NCBI RefSeq assembly: GCF_006345805.1
Contig: NW_021833698.1
Coordinates: forward strand, 17,642-81,641
Reading direction: 5' to 3'
From: Octopus sinensis
Taxonomy: Eukaryota
Length of the DNA stretch: 64,000 nt
Under the pieces are notes generated by a model. The model saw nothing but the letters and a program-made list of their open reading frames with translations. It was not told the origin of the DNA and did no database searches. Shown piece after piece: positions 55,870 through 64,000 of the stretch; within the stretch, counting starts at the first letter, position 1; every line of letters starts with the position of its first letter. Both the position numbers and the translations under genes were made by a program.

Positions 55870-56400
55870 GTTAGTTAGTTAATTTTTTTGGCTCAAAAAG
55901 CAAAAAGCAAGGCCATGTAGGGGGACATGGAGTTATGTAGAGGGAGGGTGTTCATGGAAAGAGTTCAGGCTATTTCTGGTCAAGAGAGACTTTGAACCGA
56001 GCGGTCGTCGGCATCTTCACTATCTCGTCTGGCAGCTTATTCCACGGATTCGCAACTCGGACGGAGAAAGCCCCTCTCCTTCGATTGAGATGAAATCGTC
56101 GCAGATAGAGCTTTTCGGAGTGATCCCGCAGCCGACGCTCTGGAGCAGGAGTGAAGAACAGCTCTTTCGAGAGGTTACACTTTCCGCTTATGATGTTGTG
56201 AGCAAGAATGAGATCACCACGGTGTCGTCATTTTTCTAGAGAATAAAGGTCGAGCGTCTTCAGCCTTTCTTCATAAGACAGATGCTTGAGACAAAGAACC
56301 ATGCGAGTAGCCAGCTTCTGGACTCTTTCGAGATGATTTACTCCAATATGTGTCTCACCGGCGTGACATAGAGCGGTAGGAATATGGCTGCTGTGAGCAT
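55870..56400 (-). mobile_element. CR1-clade LINE 3' fragment with a (CTAA)n tail
   Basis: Minus strand LERVQKLATRMV..LKHLSYEERLKTLDLYSLEK*RHRGDLILAHNII...FSVRVANPWNKLPDEIV...FKVSLD, then the 3' UTR and aactaactaac. Confidence 0.9.
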
Positions 56401-56564
56401 TCCGAATGACCGTCGAATCAAAAATAGAACTCCACCGTGCTTTGTTGGCAGCATGGACGCACTAGGCCGAAGGCGTTGAAATTTATAGAAGAACAAAAAA
56501 CCAAGACAGGTGTATGAGCAACAAGCAAGTGTATTAGTTTGACGCTCGGGAAAATAAAAAAGTA

Positions 56565-56597
56565 TTTTACGTTTCGAGCCTACGCTCTTCAACAGAG
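56565..56597 (-). ncRNA. Hammerhead-like motif, group H3, in an element at about 56480-56620
   Basis: Minus strand: cct-CTGTTGA-A-GAGC-GTAG-GCTC-GAAAC-GTA-aaa. Confidence 0.55.
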
Positions 56598-56620
56598 GGG
56601 AATAAGAGAAAATAAACAGG

Positions 56621-56850
56621 AGTCTCCATGGAGTGGATGTAGACGTTTTCAAACGTAAACTTGACCTCTGGCTCGCCGAGATCCCGGATGAGCCAATATC
56701 TAAGCAAGAAACTCAAAAGAGGGCAGTAGCATCGAACTCCATCCTTCACCAAAAGCCGCTCCGACAAAGGTGGAAAGTGGAAAGATGATTACAATGGTGG
56801 TGCTCCAGCATGGCCAGTCATTGGACTGAAACATATAAGAGAATAAGATG
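56621..56850 (+). mobile_element. CR1/L2-type LINE extreme 3' end with a SINE-A-like tail
   Basis: Open frame SLHGVDVDVFKRKLDLWLAEIPDEP...RAVASNSILHQK...* (stop at 56786-56788), followed by ggtggtgctccagcatggccagtcattggactgaaacatataagagaataaga. Confidence 0.7.
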
Positions 56851-57039
56851 ATAAGAAGAAGACTAAGAAAATTCTTTAACACATCTTTAGAGATTCCTTA
56901 CAATTCTGTATCAACTGTATCTGCTGCGCCGGTTTACGCGAAAATTCGAAGCGAAAATTTCCGTAATGTCTGCAGTTTTAGACATTAGAGTGGAACTTCT
57001 TCCGACTTGCATCAAAGGTGTGCTGTCACATATATATTT

Positions 57040-57447
57040 GTACTCTTTTACTTATTTCAGTCATTTGACAGCGTCCGTGCAGGGGGATCGCCTTGAAGGG
57101 TTTCAGTCGAACAAATCTGCCCCAGGACTTATTCTTTAAACCCTGGTATTTACTCTATTAGTGTCTTTTGCCGAACCGCTAATTTACGGTGACGTACACA
57201 CACACACACACTCTGGAAGTCAAGCGGGGGTGAGGTACAAACACGGACACCAAGATATGCACACAGATATAGTGAAGCCCGTCGTATATATATATATACA
57301 CACACATACGACGGGCTTCTTTCAGTTTCCATCTGCCAAATCAACTCACAGGGCTTCGGTCGACCCGAGGCTATAGCAGTTGACCAAGATACCATGCAGT
57401 GGAACTAAACCCGGAACCACGTGGTTAGGAAGCAAGCTTCTTACCAC
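57040..57447 (-). mobile_element. SINE-A
   Basis: Tail, body, short internal microsatellite and head ending gcaagcttcttaccac. Confidence 0.8.
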
Positions 57448-57570
57448 GATGTTGAAAATGCACAGAGAATACATTAGATTTAATTGGAATTTAATTATAT
57501 TTTAAAATATAAGTATACACTTTACTGGTGTCACATTAGATTTTCAGGAGTGTATAGTATATGGAGTAGA

Positions 57571-57850
57571 GGCACATGGCCTAGTGGTTAGTAGAGCAAC
57601 GGACTCGCGGGTTCGAATCTCAGACCGGGCGATGTGTGTGTTTATGAGCGAAAACACCTAAGCTCCGCGCGGCTCCGGCAGAAGGTAATGACGAATTTCT
57701 GCTGACTCTTTCGCCACAACTTTCTCTTTCTCTCTTTCCTCCTGCATCTTGCAGTTCACCTGCGACGTACCGACGTCCCGTCCAGGTGGGGAACCTATAC
57801 GCCAAGGAAACCAGAGCTTATGAGCCAGGCGTTGCTCAAGAAGGAACAAA
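57571..57850 (+). mobile_element. SINE-C variant (same tail as 26804)
   Basis: ggcacatggcctagtgg, B-box gggttcgaatctc, shared core, and cgtccaggtggggaacctatac tail. Confidence 0.85.
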
Positions 57851-58329
57851 CAATAGTATATGGAGCAATATCGTGAACTGTGTGTATTCCGGCCGATTTC
57901 TAAACTAGGGAAAGTGGCTCCCACACCGTTTCTCTCTATTGAATTCACTCACAAGACATTGGTCAGTACAGGAATTATAGTAGAAAATATTTGCTCAAGC
58001 TGCCGTGCATCGGAACTGAACCCGAAACCAGGTGGTTGTAAATCGTGTTTCAAAGTAATTTATCGAGTAGTACTAAAATTCAGGATTGCTTATACAGGCA
58101 CACACCAAGGTATTTCGGTAGCGGGAAGAGTCTATCATATCGATACTCCTACATAAATGTTGCTTTATTTTATCGTAAGAATGAAAAACAAAGCTGACCG
58201 CCATGAAATTTGAACACAGAACGATTGGTCCATAAGTTAATACAGAAAAGCATGTTTGACAACCGCATCAACAAGAACAACTACAACAACGTTAATAAGG
58301 GTTTCAAGTTTTGGTACAATATAATAATA

Positions 58330-60920
58330 ATGAGAAACGTCAACGTTTCTTTGAAGAAAACAAACAGTTCAACTCCAATCCCCAAAAGATTCAAACAAGA
58401 ACTTGGCAAAAATAAAATAAAGATCAATGCAGCTCCAAGAGCAGAAGAAATGGAAGTTCTGGAAAGAAATATGGTCGGCGAAGAAACAAAATCAGAAAAA
58501 TCTGTCAAAATAACAAACACAGCACCTGAACTTTGGACTCCTATAACAACTGAAGAGGTTACCCAGGCACTGCAAAAACTAAGCAACTGGAAGGCACCCG
58601 AGAATGACAAGATAGTATTCCCTACACATGGATCCTAGAAACACTAGCTATGAACAAGGTAGCACCAATAATCATAAAATATCTAACAGGAATACATAAA
58701 ACGCTGGCTGACAAATTTAATGTAATACTAGCAGAGCTAGAGACAATGACTGAATGGCTCCCGGAAGGGAAGACTATCTTAATTCTAAAATCCACTGACA
58801 TGGCAAACCCACAAAATTACAGACCGATAATTTGTCTCCCTACAATCTACAATGCCCTTACTGCAATAATATTATCGCAGAGAATGTGCAAACATCTGGA
58901 AGAAAACAACTTGTTTCCAGAAGAGCAGAAGAAATGCTGCAAGAGCTCATATGGCTGCAAAGATCAGTTACTGCTCGATAAAGCAATAACTGAAGACAGC
59001 CGAAGAAAAAGAAAGGTCTAAGTATGGTTTAAATTGATTATTAAAAGGATTTTGGCAGTATTCTTTACACATGGATCCTAGAAACACTAGTCATTAATAA
59101 GGTAGCACCAATAATCATAAAACATATAAAGCATTCCATGAATAAATGGCAAATAGTGCTACAACACCAGACAAAAGAGGGACTCATAAAGACCAACGTC
59201 ATCCCCATTAGAGAAGAATATTCCAGGAAGACACGCTCTCTCCACACTATTTCTGCTTGGCACTGATACCGTTATCTAACATGCTAAGCAGAACTCGATG
59301 TGAATACAACTGTTACGACAAGACAATCAGCCAGCTCTTGTATATAGATGATCTAAAACTGTACGCTACAAAGGACAAACAGCTGGAGACATTACTACAG
59401 ACAGTACATGGATTTACCAAAAAAATAAACATGAAATTTGGCTTAGAAAAATGTGTCAAAGCAATATTGAAAAGAGAAAAACTAGTTGAGAGTAGCAAGA
59501 GAATTAGACCAAAGCCACACATGCAAATGCTTAGGAATTGATGGACTAGATAAGATACAACACTCACAAATGGAAGAGAAGATAAGAAAAAATACTATGG
59601 ATGAGTTGGATTAATACTGATAAGAGAGCTCAATGCGAAAAGCAAGATAATAGGTATCATCACTCTAACCGTCCCAGTTACAAGTTACAGCTACAATATT
59701 CTTAACTGGAATCTAAATGAACTAATCAAAATAGACAGGAAAAGAAGAAAAATAATGACAGGATTTAGGAGGCACCACTCAAAATCTGACATAGAAAGAA
59801 TATATATACAATGCATCGAAGAAGCCTTATACAGCTAGAAAACGATTACAAAACAACCAGCATAGGATTACAGAAATACCTATTTCAGAAGCAAGAAAAA
59901 CTGATACAAATAGCTACAAAACACGAACAAAGCAAAACAAAAACTGTTTTCTGTCTTTAAGTAAGCTGGCAAATACAAAACAATGTCATAGTGCCTAACA
60001 ACTATGAAAAAAAAAAGAAGAAATAATAAAAGCTATAAAACAACTGAAATCCAAATTAAAACTGGACCAGCATCGTATCATGATAAAACGATGGCACGAA
60101 AAACCCTTACATGGCAAATATTGGGTTAAACTAAAGAGAAAAGACACAGACAAAGCAAAATCCCAACAATGGCTGAGAAGCTCAGGACTCAAAGCAGAGA
60201 CTGAAGGATTTTTAATTGCATCACAAGAACAAAGTCCTCTCACCAGAAATCACCAAAAACACGTGATGAAAAGAAATACAAAGAACTGCAGAATATGTGG
60301 GAATGGAGAAGAAACAATAGATCATATTGTCTCTGGCTGCTCAGTCCTGGCTAAGAAGGAACATATTCACAGACACGAAAGAGTTGGGATCTATATACAC
60401 TGGAAGCTATGCCAAGAGTATGGAATAACAAAAGAAAAAAGATGGTATAGACATACGCCACAAAAGGTCACAGAAAATGAAGCAACCATACTCTAAGATA
60501 TGCTAATACACAAAAATAGATAATTCAAGGCTAATATACCAGATATAGTTGTCAGAGATCACCAAGAAAAAATGCTTTCTAATCGATGTATCAATACCAA
60601 CAGATGACAATCTTTCTGTAAAAGAAACGGAGAATACAAAGCTCTGGTAACAGAGGTAACTCGAAACTATAGAGCCTAAAAACAGAAACAATTCCTATCA
60701 TAGTAGGCGCATTAGATATGATATAAAACATTCAGACAAATACATAACAAAAACACCAGGATTTACAAGTATATATAACATATAGAAAATACTAATACTA
60801 GGCACTGCACTTATCCTACGTAAAACACTTTCGATACAGTGAAAATAAGAGCACTATAACAAACCACAGCACACAGAGCTGCGCTCAGTAGTGAAATGAA
60901 AGCACGTGATAAAAATAAAA
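58330..60920 (+). mobile_element. 5'-truncated R4/Dong-type non-LTR retrotransposon (RT, CCHC knuckle, restriction-like endonuclease), pseudogenised
   Basis: NWKAP, NYRPIICLPTIYNALT, EEQKKC...YGCKDQLLLDKAI, FQEDTLSPLLFCLALIPLS, LLYIDDLKLYA, MKFGLEKC, WHEKPLHGKYW and CRICGNGEETIDHIVSGCSVLAKKEHIHRHERV, then a PDIVV.D-like run near 60540. Begins right after (AAT)5. Confidence 0.92.
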
Positions 60921-61896
60921 TGAATAACAAAAGCACCTCGGAAAACGCAAACCTCCGCCAAGGCAACACCAACGTTCTCTCAACGATTAGCCAGAGATGA
61001 TCTTTTAAGATGAGAATATCTCATATGAACTCGACTGCTCTCACAAACAAGAATACTAAAAATGAACCCGACCGCTCTTAAAAATTAGGTAAAAATAAAG
61101 CGGAAAAATAATCCAGAATCCTTGCCCGGTACCTGATCGATCCCAATGGTAGTCATGGAATGTGAAGGTAGGTGTGCAGGCGGTGTTTGTAATGCTGTGT
61201 GTGTTATCTGCAGTAGGAACAGGGACAGTTTTCTCTAAGAAGGCCTTTTTTTTGTCTGTCCACTGATATAGTGTCTTTACGACCATTAAGGTCTATAGTG
61301 AAAAACTTAACCGTGCGTGAAAGAAAACGGAAAGAACTTGCTCACGGTGCTGTCAACAACATTATTGTGCACAAAAATGTGAGTCCAAGAAGTCAACCTT
61401 CCTTCAAGGCAGAGCTAGAAATGCAATTGTCAAGTAGGTAGCAAGTTTTAAACAGGGGCGATATATTCAAAATTGGTAAAACTAAAAATTGTCGGGGATA
61501 AATTAAATTTATTATTGTTACTGAATATGTTTGTGTTGTTTAATTTCTGAACGGTTTTGCTGCCGTTTGTTTATGTAGTTTGATTTCTTTATCCATCAGT
61601 TTCTAAGATAGAGACGCGAGTAAAATTAAGAATAGAGAAACGAAAATAAAACTTTGGAAACAACATCGCCGCCAACGCATACATGGAAACCATGAGCGTG
61701 CTTTCAAAGGAGATAATCAGAGAAAGACTTGAAAGTCAACGTAAGATCATAATACTTCATGTAAAATAAAGTAAAGTAAATATATCGAATAATCCAGAAT
61801 CTTAAGGAAAGTATTATCTGTCTGAGGTCTTTTTTGTGACTTGACAGATGACTAAAGACTCCGGCGCATTTTTAGCTATACTGTATTACGAAGGAA

Positions 61897-61919
61897 TAAT
61901 AATAATAATAATAATAATA

Positions 61920-61957
<38 letters not shown>

Positions 61958-61975
61958 TAATAATAATAATAATAT
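61897..61975. repeat. (TAA)n microsatellite
   Basis: Direct reading. Confidence 0.95.
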
Positions 61976-62268
61976 CATCAGTTTTTAAGTTACAATTTTA
62001 TAACAAGCGAAAAGAAAAAGACAGAAAAGAGAAAAGAAGACAACAGAAAAAAGGAAAGAAAAAGAGAGAAAGAAGAATATTTAATGAAACAGTTTTGTAT
62101 AAATATGATCTCTTTTTCTTTCCTTTTTTTTCTGTCGTCTTCTTTCTGTTTTTTTTCTGTCTTTTTCTTTTCGCCTGTTATAAAATTACAACTTAAAAAA
62201 CTGATGATGTCATTCCATCAACGTGTGGACGCTGGTTGCTCTCGTTCATACTTTACGTTTAAATTTCT

Positions 62269-62307
<39 letters not shown>

Positions 62308-62327
62308 TAATAATAATAATAATAACT

Positions 62328-62575
62328 CGAATATGGAATCTAAAATCAGAAACAATCCCTATCATTGTAGTCGCATTAGGTATGATAAAAAAATAATCAG
62401 ACAAATACATAACAACAGAAAATTGCACTACTGGGCAATGCACACATTCTACGCAGAATACTTTCTATACAGTAACCATCAGAGCACCACAACAAAACAC
62501 AACATATACCCAAAGCACACAGAGCTGCGCTCGGTAATGAACAGAAAGTACGCTATAAAAATAAAACTACTGAAT
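62328..62575 (+). mobile_element. R4/Dong-type LINE 3' end, same family as 58330-60920, embedded in (TAA)n
   Basis: cagaaacaatccctatcattgtagtcgcattagg...cacacagagctgcgctcggtaatgaa...aaaataaaactactgaataataa parallels 60680-60920. Confidence 0.85.
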
Positions 62576-62594
62576 AATAATAATAATAATAATA

Positions 62595-62625
<31 letters not shown>

Positions 62626-62654
62626 TAATAATAATAATAATAATGATTATAATG

Positions 62655-62686
<32 letters not shown>

Positions 62687-62693
62687 TATAATG

Positions 62694-62730
<37 letters not shown>

Positions 62731-62854
62731 GATAATAATAATTATAATGATAATAATAATAATAATAATAATAATAATTATAATGATAATAATAATAAAA
62801 TAATAATAATATAATAATAATAATATAATAATAAGCTATAATAATATTATAATG

Positions 62855-62886
<32 letters not shown>

Positions 62887-62955
62887 TGATAATGATAATA
62901 ATAATAATAATAATAATATATAATAATAATAATAATATAATATAATAATAATATA
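62575..62955. repeat. Long imperfect (TAA)n tract
   Basis: Direct reading. Confidence 0.95.
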
Positions 62956-63225
62956 ATCCCTTAAAACTTGAAATAGGAAGAAATTGGAGAGTGTGAGAAC
63001 TATAAAGGTCGTGCCTATAATAATTGGTGCGTTGGAAACAAGAAGCAAGAATATAGATAAATGGCTTACTGACAATGCAATAGAATGTCCTGTAGAGCTC
63101 CTACAGGAAGGTTCTAAGCACTTGAAAGACTGCTGAAAACTTGTGGATACCTGAGGTTACAGGTAGTAACTCGTTACTTACACAGATACTACCAGGAATC
63201 AGACCGAGCGTGAGCCATTACCAAA
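62956..63225 (+). mobile_element. Related R4/Dong-type LINE 3' end embedded in (TAA)n
   Basis: KVVPIIIGALET motif (gtcgtgcctataataattggtgcgttggaaaca), 3' UTR, then an aataataataat tail. Confidence 0.7.
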
Positions 63226-63736
63226 ATAATAATAATAATAATAATAATAACATCAACAACATAGGCTATCTATATCACTGTTTAACGTAGCCATCTTCTC
63301 AAATTATATATATATAACACGAGTACACAGGTTAAAATATAAACAACTACTCATACCGGATGTTAATTTTCGTTGCTGTTGAATCCATGTTTTCGTGTTG
63401 TTTGTTCTTTCTGTTGATGTTGCGAATTTTATCATTCACAATGTGGTTATTTCCAGTGTCGTTTTGTCACAGTCGATTATCTCGCCAAATGTTATTGGCT
63501 GAGCTTTTGTTGTTGTTGTTGTTGTCGTCGTCGTCGTCGTCGCTGTTGTCTCTGATGTTAATTTTTGTTTCTAGCGTATTTTTCTCCCTCCTTTTCCTGT
63601 CTACGTTTACAATGGTGTATAGAATAAGTAAACATAATTATATATATATATATATATATATTACATATATATATATAATGTATATATACTTATCTATATA
63701 CACACTTATTTATAGAAATGTTTGTGTGTATAGATA

Positions 63737-63781
<45 letters not shown>

Positions 63782-64000
63782 TATATTATATATATATATA
63801 TATATATAATTATATATATATTGTTATATTTCGGAATGTTCATTTTGCCAGTTAGCCCTAAAAACACGCACTATATATTTGGTGTTATTTTGCTTCAGTG
63901 TTGTTTATTTTTTACATTATCTTAATCGTATTTCGGCCAGAGTTCTTCGTCACACCTCCTCCTGACCGCATCAGTGGTCCTTTGTTTTCTTCTTTCTTAT

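Noticed and set aside
60930-61160. acctccgccaagg and aataatccagaatcc motifs suggestive of a Helentron-type repeat
   Set aside because: Termini could not be defined; too little evidence to list as a feature.
63340-63600. Asn/Asp-rich coding-looking minus-strand frame with TKINIR twice
   Set aside because: Interrupted by TGA and built around (GAC)n(AAC)n; no splice or homology support.

Overview
Eukaryotic, AT-rich, non-coding DNA saturated with microsatellites and retroposons. The SINE families and very high (TA)n/(TG)n/(TAGA)n/(TAA)n density suggest a coleoid cephalopod, probably Octopus (inference from recognition, not a search). I found no supportable host protein-coding exon, rRNA, true tRNA gene or CRISPR array. 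Most ORFs in the supplied track are microsatellite read-through; the rest are largely transposon fragments. Identifiable content: four tRNA-derived SINE families (working labels SINE-A to D); decayed LINEs (RTE, CR1/L2, R4/Dong-type); Penelope-like (PLE) reverse transcriptase relics; two Tc1/mariner deletion derivatives; and probable Helitron/Helentron and piggyBac relics. The most interesting signal is about a dozen type I hammerhead-ribozyme motifs of the PLE type, with palindromic helix III. They fall into several short non-autonomous element groups (H1 to H4), mostly inserted in (TA)n and often folded back by an inverted duplication. Two groups carry a recurring non-canonical core (CUGU instead of CUGA; CCGA instead of CUGA), and one copy at 47660-47710 is nearly intact. 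A CR1/L2-type LINE 3' end shares its terminal ~50 nt with SINE-A, and R4/Dong copies sit in (TAA)n tracts. Repeat boundaries are by-eye estimates.
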